Of a stretch of DNA of 64,000 nucleotides, positions 25,885 through 40,681 are shown one piece after another. Origin of the DNA: Trichosphaerium sp. ATCC 40318 (lineage: Eukaryota > Protista > Tubulinea); assembly GCA_038496445.1 (NCBI GenBank), contig JALMLS010000074.1:124001-188000 (forward strand), written 5' to 3'. The stretch's first letter is position 1, and each line of letters starts with the position of its first letter. The position numbers and the translations under genes were made by a program. Below the pieces are notes generated by a model, which saw only the letters and a program-made list of their open reading frames with translations, made no database searches and was not told the origin of the DNA.

Positions 25885-26134
25885 TATGCACACGTGAGAA
25901 ATAAACATTTCCTGACAAATATTTTTGTTTACGAGCTGTTATTTTCGATTAATATCAGTGGCATTGTTGACGTATGAATTAAAGAGAATCGACATAAAAC
26001 ATAATGTAATAACGTTAATTCTGGGTCAATCGTGAATTCACAAACTGCCAAACCCTTAAAAAAGCTTTTCAGGCAAAAGCGCTGGCGCTTCTTGTAATTT
26101 TCAAAAACGGTCCGACAAGTGGGTTGAAATTTTT

Positions 26135-29100
26135 TTATTGGTTAGGTGTAAGATCCTGAAGATACAACCTACAATGAAGATGAAGCATATCCCATGCAGC
26201 ATCATAAACCCTTTTATCTTCTGTAATTAATTTTTTAGCAATAGGATAAACAAATAAATTATGTATAATCCAATGAGCACATACTTGTCTCAAGTATTTT
26301 CCATTAAACTCAAGACTAAGTATAAAAATATCAACAATTGTCTCTTCATTAATCATCTTCTCAAGCTCTCTCTCTGCATACCATTTTAATCCATCAAGAA
26401 GGAATTTATCTGATATAACAAGTAATTGAATAGTCTCTTGATCATCTTTCATATCAACAGTACCAGAGTAAAGAAATTGAAGTATCTTAAAAAGAATATC
26501 AGGGTGTACATCTTGTATAACAATAATAGACTCTGAACTCTCTTTAAGTTTACCAGATAACATCATTTTGAAAAAAGAAGACCTATTAACCAATATATCC
26601 TTACGTGCATAAAAAGAATGATTATCACACATTATTGTTAAGTCATTTTCATTCTCATCTAAGTCATCTTCATTACCATCTGTGTTTTTATAAATTAACC
26701 TGTTCTCTTCATCATGTTCATGGACATATTCTTGTGTATAGAAAACTGATATATCTGAAGATACACACGGATCAGGGAAGAGTTTGTATAATCGATGAAC
26801 AACTGAAGCAGCGTTTGAGAAGTGTGATGGAATCTGAAGTGCTTGTAATACTGGTAATAATAATTTACGTTCAATAAGAAGCTTGTACAGAGCGCCTATG
26901 AAAGAAGAAAAGATAAGAAGAAGGGTGAATGAAGATACGTAATATACGAAGGAAACAAAGGAAACAATCAACTTGAAAAATCTGTTGGTTACCAGGCTGC
27001 CACAAAGTGTTTGGTTTTGGGAAGAAAAAAATGGTTCTTTTATCTGTGTTTACCTTTCTTTTTTACCAGATCAAACGCTGCGTCAGCGAATTTGAGAAGC
27101 TTAGCAATACCATTGGAACTCTCTTTTAATGATGTAACATTTACAGCAAGAGCTTAATAACCGTAAGTACAACACGTGTATTAAAAAAAGTAGAAAACCT
27201 TTAGTACCTTTCGTTCGGATTTTTGATATTAAATCAGCGTAAAGCGTTCCTTCTGTTTTTCTCAGGCTGAGACGTAAATCATATAACTTTCCTATAATTG
27301 CACAATCCATGAACCAAGACACATCAACTAAAACATCAATTGTTAGAACACAACAACAACACCATCACCAAAAAGAAACAAGAACTCTCTTTTTTTTTTT
27401 ACTATTCGGACGTACCATTCCTAACAAAAATCTCAAAGAACCGGAATGCTCGACGCACAACAATGGCACGATGCTTTTCCGATAAGGTGAGTACAAAAGT
27501 ATTTATACCTCCCCTGTGCAAAAATCGGGTGCGATGTGTTTCTAGATACAAATCAGTAAGCACAACAAACTCAAAAAAAAAACTAATGCCAACCCAGTTC
27601 TTAGGGTACTGTGTCAAGTTTTTTGATTCAAACACAAAAAGAAGGGTACAAAACAAATTGAAGGAAAGGAGGAAGAGCATGCGTACTATTTATACAAAGG
27701 CGGGAAATCGCTAGCATTGCTTGTCGGTAAACCCAATCATCAGCAGCGTTCTTTTCCGTTGCTACAAGCAAGTGTTCAATTGCTCCAGCAGCTACAAATA
27801 CATCTACATCAAGGTTATTCATCATGAAGACTACAAACTGAAAGTACGAAAATAAATACTTACCTGGTACAGGCACCGTTTCAGGGTTACCATCTTCACC
27901 AATAACATTGACAGTTAGAGAATGACTGTTTCCAATCTCAGCAACAAGAGAACAACCATAATACTGTAATAACTCATTACATGGGAACGCGCCCATGGCT
28001 TGCATAACACAAGAAGCTACTTGTTGAGTAGCAACTTGAAGAGGATCTAAAATGAAGTGTTAAATAGTATTTAAAAAAATCGGAAAGAAATAGGAATAAA
28101 TAGTGAAAATGTGATAGCAACGTACACTTGACAGCAATGTTCTTTAATGCGCTTAAGGCATGCATTAAAATGTTTTTATGTTCCATGAACTTTAATATTG
28201 TATTTTGGACAACACTTATACCACCTTGACGAACAACATTGTTGCATAATTCATCTAGAAGAAAAAATTAGGAAGAGAGAAAAAAAAAAAAAAAAGAAGA
28301 AATCTTTGTATTATATTTTTGTTGTTCGTGTACCTTGTGTAGCAATATTACTTATTGTGGCACAACCCAAACGATGTATTTTAGCTACTTTATGATCTAT
28401 CATAGCCAATAATAGGATTTTTACAGCGTCATTTGATATGGTAGCATAGCGGCAATCTAGTAAGCAAAAAGTTAAGTAACATCAATATATTTTAACTAAA
28501 AACGCCTTCATCAATCATGTAAGGTACGCCATCGGAACTCCAATAAAATTATAGTAATATAATAGAAATTTGGGGCCACGTTATAGCTCCACAAAACAAA
28601 TTCAACAGAATAGAAATTCAAGAAAAATTATTATGGTTTTCGTTCATACCTTCACAAACAAAGTTCCTTATAACCGCCAAACCTTTACCCAATATAATAG
28701 GATTTGTGGGATGTGCAATCATGGCAGCAAGTACATTGTCCAAAACATTATTTTCAGCTAACACAGGAATGAAGGCACCTATACAACAAAAATCAATCAA
28801 ATACATGATGAAAGTAAACGAAAAGAATCACGACATTGGTTAAAACGTACTTGATGCATGTGCTACGTTAGCCAATGCTGCACATGAAGATCCAGTTAAT
28901 TCTTCATCATCAACAAACTTTCGAAGGCCTCTAAGGATCAATGGAATACCTTGAAGCTCTATAAATTTAGCGCTATTCTTTTCTATCGAAAAAATCAGAA
29001 TATGGTAGGAACAACAAGAAAGTATACCACAGTGCTTGCACTGCATTAAGACATGGCACTGGTTGTTAAAACAAAATAAAAACAAAGAGATAGTAAGACA

Positions 29101-30039
29101 GATAGAACTCGCGGAAAACTTAACGTTTTTTGGGTTGTGTTAACACAAAGATCCAATAGAGGAGTGACAGGTGCCGTGAGAAAGAAAAGAGAAAAAGGTT
29201 TTGTTTTGGTGTTAGTAAGAACGTACCGTCAGGTAAAATATTAACAAGTGCAGAGCATGCGCTTTTTTGAATGTACAAATCGTCTGAAAAGTTCTCCATA
29301 GCAAGAGTAATTTGTGTTATTATATTAGTTGTAGTTACATAAGTGATATTATCCTCTACGAGTTAAAAATCAGTCAATAAAGGGCTTAAAAAAAAACAAC
29401 AAACAAAGGAGAAAACTAAAAAATAGTGAGGTGAAGAGGATGAAAAACCCTCGTTTCAACGTCAGTTGACACTTGACGCCCAAGTTAAATATGTATAAGA
29501 GGCATAGCACAGTTAATAGTAAAATTCTATACGCCAATGTCCTGAAAACATAAAAGTGGATCTCACGTGTTTCAAGAGCTTTTTTTTTTCGTACCGACGC
29601 GTGAAAATATCTTGATGATGTGGAATAATTGCCCTAGCAACTGAAATTCATCCATGTCAGTTTTATACTTCTCAATAGCATCGCGAGTTAACGAGGCAGT
29701 GTCAGGTACTAAAACCTCCATTATACGCTCCAAATGCTCTCGTATAAGCATAATCACATCGCTTGAAACGAATTTACGTTGTTCTTGAAGCGAAATCGTT
29801 TCAAACTTCTCCAAATCAATATGCTACGCGGTTATAAGCCATTGGGGGTATTCAGCAGCGCGTGATGACGAAATCTTTAAATCAAAAAAAAAAAAAAAAG
29901 TTACCTTTGTAAGGAACGGCTCTAGTTCTGTTGGTTGTGGTGCTTGCGCTGCCAGTGTTTTTTTAACATGTGTTACTTGTTCTTCAATTGACATTGTATT
30001 AAAATCGAGGAATTCCTGCATTGTAGATGGCTGTAACAT
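26135..30039 (-). CDS. Armadillo-repeat plus C-terminal BTB/POZ (BACK-like) protein (many exons)
   Basis: ARM-like exons (GIPLILRGL...SSCAALANVA); C-terminal BTB DLTIMCDNHSFYARKDILVNRSSFFKMML...ILQFLYSG...LDGLKWYAE. Confidence 0.8.
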
Positions 30040-30587
30040 GGTTGTACTAAACGGAGTCGTTATTTTAAACTAAAACGTAAATTTGTTTTAAAATAAAACA
30101 TTTGTGGTTATGTAATTGGCATAATGTCGCATATGAATTAACGTACAAAATACGAGCGCTATATTAGCGCTATTTGAAGAGCTTTGGATATTTTTTTTTT
30201 GGTTGTAGCCGTATTTATGTAATTAATAGATTGATAACAGCGTAGAGGTATCTGATAGATTGCTTAGTTAAATAAACAGCCGTTTACAATCTAAATTCTA
30301 CTCTTTTGAGTAATAAAACTCCAAGCTTTATCCGTTACGGCCTACCAAGTTGGAAGGGAGGTGATATAATTCGTTGTGTTACAATAAGACCGAGAAAAGA
30401 AAAAAAAATCCCAACGTTTGAAAAAAGTCAAGCCAAAACAATGTTTTATTTTTTCACTGTTTTTTTTTGGATCGTTTGTTGTTTACACAAACAACCTTTT
30501 TTTTCCTGAAGATGTTGACTCAAATCCTCATCTTAGAAATAGGCTTTTTTCATTATGACTCTTTTTGAAAGGGAAATGATTACCATT

Positions 30588-33500
30588 TCAAAAAGTTATG
30601 GTTAGAGACCAATCAACTGTGCTTATAGGTAGATCTGGTTTTCTGATTGTTATCATATTTTGAAGTGATTTATCCTTTGAGAAATCAACTGATCGTTGTT
30701 TTCCCTTTTCTTCAACACTGATAGACTTAATAGTCTTTTCAAGACCTGTAAATCACAGTTAGGTGAGAGTAACACAAAACGACTAACGTCAGAAAGTATA
30801 AATAAGGGCGAAAAATTTTTCAAAAAAGCGGAGAAAAAAAGTTTCTATTTAAAGCGAATATTATTCTGATCTCCTCCCGTACCAATAATACGTATTTCTT
30901 GGATTTTCTCACGGTTGTAGATCTTACCTGTTGCACAAACGTAAGATTTTTTATTTCTGCAATTCTTCAAGGCAGAAAAAACGTACCGTCACCAGGAGGT
31001 GCTGAAATAGTTAATACCAATTTACCGTCTTTTGGAGCTACAGAAAAGTCTCTAATAATGAACTGTCCCTTTTTATGGTTGAATGTAAAACCGTCATCAA
31101 CATACAGGCGACCATTTGCTTCTTGCTGTTGTAGTTGTCAGTCAACGAAAAAAATGAAAACAAAAAAATTAAAGGCTGAATCAGGACTTGAACTGATAAC
31201 CGCCAGGTCCCAACATTCAAAAAACGATGGCGACAGGATTCGAACCTGCGAACCCAAGGGTACTCGCTTAGCAAGCGAGCTGCTTTAACCTGCTGGCTAC
31301 ACCATCTTTGTTGATAGTATAAACCCAGCACCAAGCGACCAGCCGCGAAAACAACAAAAATAACAACTCACAAAAAGTAGTTCTTTGTTCAAAAAAAAAA
31401 AAAAGGAATAGGGAAACGTACTTTTTCATCAAGTGCTACAACAAGAGTGTATGGATCGTTAGCCATCTGTGTGGTACTACGTCTTGGTCTATCCTTGCGA
31501 GGAATAATACTTCCAGCACGTTGGAAAGCAACGATTTTCTCAGGTGGCGTTTGAAGTGTGTAAGTTTGTCCGCCTCTGTATGGCAAGTTGGTGTCATAGT
31601 CGAACCACTTGGACGATGCTATATTAAAAGAAAATTAGTATACACCCTTCTAGTATTGTAGTGAGTACCTGGGAAGTAAATTTGTTTGCTAGTTTGATCC
31701 TTTGTTACAACAGGAGAAACAAGAATATCTGAACCAACAAGGTATGTGTATTGAGTGTTAAATGTGTTCTCATCTTGTGGGTATTCAAACCATAGAGGAC
31801 GAATTACTGGTGTAGCTAATAGGAGTATAAGAGGATAAATACAATAACATCTTATCAAGTCGTACCATCAACAGAAGACGCATGGAAGAGAGTGTACCAA
31901 TATGGAAGCAAAGCGTAACGTACACGCACAGCAGCACGTATGATATCAGTATAGGTTTCTCCGAACAACCAAGGTTCTCTACGCTTAGTATCTAAACAAA
32001 ACGGAAAATGTTACCTCAAGACAACATTTGTACGAACTGTATGTATACATACCGATATGTCCGTGAGCTCTGAAGAAAGGATACCAAATACCTGCTTGAT
32101 ACCATCTGGCTAACAAATCAGGTTCTGGGTCTCCAAAGAAACCACCAACATCGGCACCACTAATCAACAAAGTTAGTTGAGTTGTTTTCACATATTAGCT
32201 GAATGTGTACCAGAAAGGAATACCAGACATAGATACCGACAAGAGCATAGGTAAAGAGGACTCCAAATGGCTCCACTCTCCTGCGTTGTCACCTATTCAC
32301 CAGCTTAGCCAACGAATCTATTGAAGACACTGTACCTGTCCATATAGCACCGTAACGTTGTGTACTTGCATAAAATGCACGTGATAGAACAAATGGACGT
32401 GTATTTTGTCCAGGAGATCTAATGATATGACCATCATGCGTTGCTTTGTGCTAGAAAGCCAATTAGAGAAGTACAACCCACATATACATTTCAACATACC
32501 AAAAACAAGCCCCAAACATTGTGGACTTCTCTGTGCTCAAAACCATCCTTGTGTATTGCATCCTTGTGCATAGATACCTCTGGTCCATCAAATACAGATG
32601 GCTAGAATAAGGTTTAGAGCCAGTGAAAATGCAAGAAAGGTTACCTCGTTCATGTCGTTCCATGTGTATAAGTCCAAAGTGGAGCCCTTGTAGTTCTCCA
32701 ATTTGAATTGTTCAGACCACCATGTGCGCACTTTTTCGCTGGTAAAGTCAAGGTATGCACTAGGACCAGGCCAGCAAAATCCCTTGATTAGAATTAGATA
32801 AGGAAATATAAATCCTATAAACAAACATACTTGGTATTCGTTTCCGTCTTTGTTCTTTACAAAGAGGTCAAGAGCTACAAAGAAGTTAGTTGTATTAGTC
32901 TACTTTGAAACAAACCTTTAGCGTTAGAATAAACGTAGTAGTTGTCATCTTTCTTGATGTGTGGATCAACAATTGTTACCATCTAATCAAACATATCAGT
33001 ACTCCAATATTTCTTACGCGTTTGGCAAATTATTGTTCATACCTTACGACCCTTTGCTGAAACGAGATCGAGCATACGTGTAGGTGTAGGGAACTTGTTG
33101 GAATCCCATGTGAAATAACGTTTACCATCAGTATGTTCAATATCCAACCTAAAAAAACAATTAAATACCACGTGGTTTGTTATTTGGATAATGCATACCA
33201 AATAACATCGTATGGGATATTATGTTCATCAAATCCGGCATCAACCATCTCTACATCTGCTTCGTCTTTGTAGTTCCATCTACACTACAAATAACGTTAG
33301 AGAAGAGACAAGTTAGTTGAAGTGGAAACATACTTGATGATACGCAATAGAAAACAATGGAGGCAAGTAAGGAAGTCCAGTTACGCTAGAGTATTGTGCT
33401 AGGACATCCTTTGGAGTAGGTCCAAACATTACAAATACATCAACAACACCGGCTTCAGACATCCAATGGGTTTGTACACGTGGGGTAGAAGTACCTGACA

Positions 33501-34968
33501 GAGGTATTTAGAAACCAAAAAATAAATTCCAATCATATTTCAAAAAAACTTCATACCCAAAACACTGGAGATAATTCCACTTCCAGAAGACTTATCAATA
33601 TCAATCCATGTTTCAGTAGGATTCAACCAAAACATCTAAAATAATCATCAGGTTAATATAGGCATTGATTAAAATAGAAAATGGAAAACGAACAAAAATA
33701 CATAAGTTCAGCATTGATAAACTGTAAAAATAAGGAGAACGTACACCAATTGATCTCTTTTTGTTGTGAGCAGTTACGAATGGAACACCACCGTAAAGTG
33801 ACATAGGATTATCGAGTTCAAACTCGAAAACGTCGAGATTGTACAATCTGAATGGATCACTCAATTTCTCATCACCATTTCTAGTGGCCTTTAGAGAAAG
33901 GTCGCTAGCGTGTTCTGCCAATCCGTAAATATTCTTGTAACCTTCAAAAGTGAAATCCATGGCAACCTAAACAAATTAAAAACAAAATTCGGAAAAAAAT
34001 AAAAAAAATTCTTCCAAGCCACTTGTGGTACGTTGGTTGGTTCAAACTCGATTATAGGTGTAGGAAAAAAATACTACAATACGTACAGCTGTAGGTCCAT
34101 GAGGTTTACTATCGTGGTGTGTCTTGAAAGACTCTTCAAAAGCGTTGTCCAAGTTGAGTGTCTTGACTAGATTAGCAGCATCTTCAGCGGATGAACCTTC
34201 ATCATCGTCATCATCTACACGATCTAGAGAACGCATTTGCGCACGTGCTACATCTTGAGGTGTTTCCTCAACAGTTTCCTCGCTCTTATCTTCTGGATCA
34301 GCGGCTTCATCGCCCTCTGCCTCTGCTTCTACCTCCTTAGGAGGGTCCTACACTAGTTTGAGCTAAAACCGGGAAAAACTGTCGCAGTAGTATTGGGTTT
34401 TCGTCTTGTTGGCGTCCAGTACGCGTGCGTACCGGTTTAGGGATATTAGCTTCAAAGTTAAATAGTCCGCGCTTGTTGGCGCGTAATACTACTTCTCCAC
34501 CTGCTGCGTATGTAAACTCTAGCGTAGCAGGGTCAAATTGAAGTGTTAGATCATCTCCAAAGCTCAACGTGTTCGTGGCACTATCAAACCCTTTAAAGTC
34601 AACTGTTTCAAGGTCGGATAGAACCTCCGCTGGTTCATATCTACATTACTTCAGCTGATTGGCAAAGAACGCCTTTTCGATTACCTTTCGTGCTTTGCAT
34701 TTGCTTCTTTTATTTTAAAACGCACAACGTCGTTTTTGTAAAGTGTTATTTCGAGTGTAAACTCTTGGTTTTGCACTCCTTCCTTGATCGTGGCACTGAG
34801 GGTGCTACCGGCCAATTTGATGCTCGTTGTATCTATTGAGAAGTCCCAAATGCCTTTTTGAAACTCTCTGTTGCGTACGCAAAAACTGGTTTGGTCACAG
34901 GTGCGAAAGTTATTGTGGTCGACACACAGTGCGACCTGCACCAAGACTAGCAAGAGGAGAAGTCTCAT
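30588..34968 (-). CDS. GANAB: Glucosidase II alpha subunit (GH31)
   Basis: Signal peptide then [19 protein letters not shown]; [11 protein letters not shown]; catalytic WNDMNE; [19 protein letters not shown]; LYVDDG; TGA at 30588-30590. Confidence 0.95.
31225..31306 (-). tRNA. tRNA-Ser(GCT), intronic in the glucosidase II alpha gene, with an atypical D arm
   Basis: Minus strand folds as acceptor GATGGTG/CGCCATC, anticodon stem CTCGC/GCGAG with loop TTGCTAA, long variable arm, T arm GCAGG-TTCGAAT-CCTGT, discriminator G, followed by a T6 terminator. Confidence 0.85.
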
Positions 34969-35366
34969 CCGTTATCTTGTTTTGAAAACAGAGAGAAAAA
35001 TAGTATTTGTTTAAAAATGATGACTCATCAAACGATTGTGTCGCTATTTGGTTCTGATTAAACTCGAATACACGCAGAAAATAACCAAGGGTAGACTAGC
35101 CTTCATTCAATGAAGTTAAGACATGAATAGAGCTACTGTCCTTCTCGCTTTTCGCTTTAAACTATAATCACTTATCTTGCGTTTGTTTCAGTTTACAGTA
35201 TGCGAAGAATGTAACAAACATTTTATTTAAAGTGACATTTTGACATGTCTTCATTAGTAAAAGTCAAAAAAACGTTTGACATGTCATTTGGATGTTTACC
35301 TTTATTCTTTGTACAATTTCTAAACCTTTTCATTATGTCCCAGGCAAAAACGATAATTAATAGTAA

Positions 35367-36235
35367 CTATATATCACTATCCAAGGCTCTGTTGAAACCG
35401 CCTCTTCTGTTCATGTACTGCCTATATTTTCTCTTATTTCTAATCATAACTTTACCAACATTATTTCCATCAACTTGTTTCCCTTTTGTAGTCCCCATAT
35501 TCACAGGTAATCCCATCATTGCCATCATTTTTTCTTCCTCTGTCATATCTTCTGTGATTTCAGTTGCTGCACCTCTATTACGCCTAGTAAAGTAAATCAG
35601 TTACAAAACCTTAAAATTGATTCATCGAAAAAAGAAAGAGCGTTTTACAGCTTTACTTACTTTGCTTTTGCTTCTTTACGTTTCTTCCTACGTTCTCTGC
35701 TTCGTGATCTACTCTCTTCACGCCTTCTTTTTCTGTTTTCTTCTTGTTTAGCAAGCCATTTTTCGCGTTCAATTTGTAGCTCTTTTTCTTTTTTTCTGTT
35801 TACCTGTAGATATACGTTAGAGTGATGCAGTTAATATGCGAATAGATAAAACCAAAAACAAAATTCATAAAAATTAGCTTTCGCTTTGAAGTAGCAACGT
35901 ACTTTAATTAATGTCGTATCACGCCCAAATTCATCGAATTGTGGCTCGCTTGAGCGTCTAGAAGGTTTTCTGTCTCTATCGCGATCTCTGCCTCTTTTTT
36001 CGTCCTTATCTCGTCTACGTGAACGATCTTTATCCTTGTGTCTACTATCTCTGTCTCTTCTGTCTCTACTATCTCTGTCGCGGTGTCTGTCTTTGTCATC
36101 GTCCCTACGTCGACTCTTGTGCCTGCGATCGCTATCTTTATCATCCCTGTCTCTGCGTGATTCTTTTTTCACGTCATTTGTTGATTTATGGCTATCATCT
36201 TCAATTTCACCTTCTTCTCTATTGTCATCAGCCAT
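35367..36235 (-). CDS. SNRNP27: U4/U6.U5 tri-snRNP 27 kDa protein
   Basis: RD/RS-rich N-terminus; C-terminal MMAMMGLP..MGTTKGKQV...RKYRQYMNRRGGFNRAL signature. Confidence 0.88.
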
Positions 36236-36384
36236 GGGTGCGTTACAGAAGCTAACAACTGCGCAATATTAGTCTTGCTCAGTAAATAGGTTGAAAATTT
36301 GTTAAATCAGCAAGCAGTACACTATTACATAGCGGTGTCGGTAGCCAAACTATCACTACGTGAGTTCAAGCGCAGTCGTTTACT

Positions 36385-38520
36385 ATGGGTAATTCGGCGT
36401 TTCCTAAACCTGAAGAGCCTCCAAAGGTATACCCTTACCGTAGAACACGTCATCAAGGACCAGCTACGGCAGTAGAGATTCATACTCCTACAGACGAAGA
36501 GCGAGAGTATTTAGATGACCTTGTGGCGGAACACTTGCCTATAAAGCAGCAGCGAGCGAAAAATAGGCATAAGCTTATTGTGCAATACCAACCATTCAGG
36601 CGGTACGCTCATTGATGCGCTACAATTCTAATTACGCTTGTTAGCGACTTTGAAACAGATGAAGAATACAATGAAGCCTTAGACAGATATATGAGCGAGT
36701 ACTTATACCCTAAGTTTATACGAGCTTTTCAACAGAGAATTGAAGGCGCTTATACATGGATGTACAAGGGTAGAACAAAAATGAAAACTTTCGTACGTAA
36801 ACACGCCAAACAAGCGCAAAACAAGCGCAAGACAAGCGTAAAACTAGAGCTTCAACTTTTTTCAAGCGAATTGAACGACATTTGTGGCGTGGCTAATTTT
36901 TTTTTCAATAGTCATTATTCGAAGCGGCAGATATATACGAGGCGTACTCCAACTCCCAAGTTTCTAAGGGAGAACCTGAACCAGCTATAGACGAATTACC
37001 TGACGTTATTACACATGCAATGACGAATGCATTACTAGATGAAGAGGGTGATATAAAACGTGAAGCTCAAAGAGCCTTGATGCCGATTAGGTAAAGTTTT
37101 TTTTTATTTTTTTCAGAATTTTTTTGTTGAGCTCACACGCGGTGTGTATCAAAAATAACATGAAGGATTTTATTGATTTAGATACCTAAAATTCTTGTGT
37201 AGATATATACAATGTTTTTGTATGATTCTAATTGCTTGAAAGATTTTTAAAGTTGTGTCTAATTTTTTGTTGATAATCGCTTTTATTTTCTGTTTTTCTT
37301 TTTGTTTTGATGTTTGTTTACAGGATGAGCCAGTACTATTATGAGTTTCAAACTTGGTTATATGATATGATGGTATACACTTGGTTCAAGAGACCAACAA
37401 CTATAGTAGAAGACTGGCGTATTGGCCTTAAAGCAGCACAAGATAATCTTGCTGCTATTGAAAATGTTGATGGTGGTTATTATTCAGCCACATACGCTAT
37501 GAACTCATACAGACAATTTGCATACTTGAACAAACTAAGAGCATATTTTTCTTTATTAAAGAAAATGGGAGTACGTACCAGTAAAAACACACGTGCTTGT
37601 TTCAACGCACTTCAAAAAAAACCAAAAAACTTGCAATATCAATATCTTTTTCTTTTTTTCTTGAACTCTTTCTTTCAATTCTTTTGAGTCTTAACCTGTT
37701 TGAAAATTGAGTTATTCTTTTATATGGATGTGATTAATTTATGGCTTAAGTTTGAACAATGAAAGTTGTCACTAACAGTGTCTAGGACGATAATCTTACA
37801 AACGTTTTGTATCCAGAAAATTTCACTTGGTTTGGTCCTACTCCAATTCTTCAAAGAACTTTAGATGATCTTCAAAATAGGAGAGATCTAAAAATTTACC
37901 AAATAGATAGTTATTTGCAAGGGTACGACCTCATACAAATCATCGAAACGAATTATCTTATTTTTTTCTTATTTTTTTTCTTCATACGCTTTTTTGCCTT
38001 TCTGTTTTAACCTTACCGTACAGAAAGTGTTCTGAGTTTATAGTAGTGTAAGTTGATGTTTTATTTAGGATTCAGGATACGAAATACTTATACACAGGAG
38101 ACAAGAAACCTGGACCTAAACCAGTCACATCAGTTACTGATTTGAAAGAAAGCCTCGATTTGAATAGCTCGAGTGCATACACTAGTAATAATTTTATGGA
38201 TGTACTAGCTGGTGTAACAATGTATGATCCAGAATCAGTCAGAATGGACCGTAGAAGACAGTTTAAAGAGCGTAGCAAAAGTCAGTGAAAGAAAACAGTT
38301 TTTTTTCTTTGACAAGTCAGTACACACGAAACACGTGAGAAGAAAATGCGCAAAAACAAATAAAGGAGCACAATGAGCTATTGTATGTAAAAATGAAAAA
38401 TGTAAGAAAAAGAGTAAACTTTGACAACACCTTGTGATGCTTGAGATACACGAAAGAAAGACTGAAAAACTTGCTGTGGTAGTTGGTGTCACTAAAACTT
38501 GTAGCTGTATATAGTAGAAA
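36385..38520 (+). CDS. Uncharacterised multi-exon protein with a possible N-myristoylation start (MGNS); 3' end uncertain
   Basis: Series of coding-like exons flanked by GT-AG; no family recognised. Confidence 0.5.
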
Positions 38521-38817
38521 TATAGAAGGGTAGCATACATAACTCGTTAATTATTGGTGGTAAATGGGTGTAAAGTCGGTAGGCAATGCCAATTGGAAAA
38601 GAAGGTCAACTATGTCATACGTAACTAAAAAGGGTCCAAGTGTAGGACTCCATCAGGCAACGAAAACATTGACTTCACCCTATTGAGCAAGAAGCATAAA
38701 TATAGTGGAAAGCGGGTTTCTATGCGTCTTTGTTAACAATACTTTAAGCCTGTTTATTGTAAAACATCTTTAACTGAAATTTTTTTGTAAAACTGCTTAG
38801 CAGGTACTATGATACGT

Positions 38818-40211
38818 TTAATTTTTATTCTTGATTACTCCATTAGAGTCAATATTTATACTATATAAAGGGTTATTGTCATGTGTACCCCAGAAGTCTA
38901 CTTTCACTTCTTTTTTTGATACTTGGAATGTCATAAATCCATGCTGTTTGTATGCTTTTACAAGCTTTTTATGTTCTGTGTCAATAGTATGTAGGTTATT
39001 ATAACCACCTCCACCAGAACCAAAAAGGTGTGTTACACTACCAATATCATGATTAACCTTTAAATGCTGTAGTAAATGATCATGTCCAAAAAAATAAAAC
39101 AAGACATTATATTTTTTGAATAATGGAAGAAAGTGATCTTGTAGCTTAACAAAATCGCCGTGACCATTAGTAGCTATAGATAATAAGTAACTAGAGAGGA
39201 CTAGATAATTGTTATATCAAAATAAGACGTACTTGCGCTATAAATAGGCCAATGGTTGATAACCATTTTGTAAGTTGCCTTTGAACTGCTAAGTTCCTTC
39301 TCGAGCCATAACAGCATTTCGTTCGCGTATTCTGCACTCAATGCATCTACACAATCTATATCCTTCTCTGGAGGTTCTTTTTCTATGTCCACATTACACT
39401 CTAAAGTGCATCCTTCCATAAAAAAAAAGTCTACCAAAGAAGTATGAATACTAAAGTAACGGTTTGGCATATTCCACTTATCAAAGATTTCAGAGTATGC
39501 TATTTGAGCTGCAACAGAACCTAATAAGTAGTTAAGATATATGTAAGATAAACAAAACATGACATAGTTCAGAGAAGGAAGAGTGAAGGCTCTAGGAGCC
39601 ATAAACTTCAAAAAACTTTTCGATGAAAAAAAAAAGGAAAAAAAACTACAGAAGTATTAACCGCTACCGCTTTTATTTTACCTTTTTGACGACAATCGTG
39701 GTTACCAACAGTCAAATACCAAGGTAATCCAAGCATTGCCTATAAAAATAACCTGTTTTAACAACAAGAAAATGAATAAAAAACAACTTACCAGTTTATC
39801 TTCGTAAATGCGTTTAAATAGAGGATCTTGTAGGTTTTTGACGCCCTCGTGGTAAAAGTTATCGCCTACGCTTATTCCCATTTGTATTTGTTTAGATGTA
39901 TTTAAAAAGTCCGTTTTCACAGTTTTTAGGCGTTTGAGAACGTTTTTATAAGCGTTAGTGTCCTCTCCATAATCGCCAAGCAGAATAAAGTTTAAATGCT
40001 CTTCTACAACCGGTTTCGTAGTCTCTGCTTCATATTCAGGCGATTCAGATGTACTTATGTCTGTTGCGTCAATTGGTTTTGTAGTATCTGTTAAACGAGG
40101 TTCAGATGTAATTCTGTCTGCTACGTCAACGTTTATAGTAAACGAGACCAAAGCAACGATGCAAATGAATACAGCCAATCCAGCTAGCCCAAGATGACGC
40201 GTAGAGGGCAT
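38818..40211 (-). CDS. Purple/tartrate-resistant acid phosphatase-like metallophosphoesterase, type II membrane anchored
   Basis: Motifs GDYG, GDNFY, GNHD, NHWPIYS, GHDH, GSGGGG; N-terminal TM GLAVFICIVALV. Confidence 0.88.
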
Positions 40212-40681
40212 TGTATAACAGCTTGCAACGCTGTTTGTTGAATCAGGTAGACCAGTTTTTTGTACAGTCAGCATTGAAGGCGTAAGTATTAGATCGCGTA
40301 CATTCATATCAGCTTACATTGAGCACATGCTCACTTGTAAATGAAAGAAGACTCTACCAGTTTTTTGTCACATGATATCACGTGAGCTGTGATGCAAACA
40401 CGTGATTTCAAAGGAGATTTAAAATGAAGTATGCTTGTAACTCGGCAAAGGTTTGGAACTTATCACGTGTTAACAAAACGTGACAAGTTAAAAAGGTTCG
40501 AAAAAACCTCTAATTTCCTTTGTATATATCTACCTTTAACGTGTGTTTATTATATTACCTACAAGCTTAGAGAGTCTATATCATCTTGGAAAGTTTGTGA
40601 GAGAATTGCACCTTTGTGATGCTGACACAAAGGTGCAATTTTTGAGAATGTTTAAACACTACAAATACAAAACTCATCCAA

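Noticed and set aside
35908-36272. Overlapping ORFs with LSLSLLS/CLYYLC patterns, and similar antisense ORFs at 46622-46903 and 52955-53715
   Set aside because: They are alternative-frame or antisense readings of low-complexity or repeat coding sequence (SNRNP27 RD repeats, Pro-rich linker, MORN repeats).
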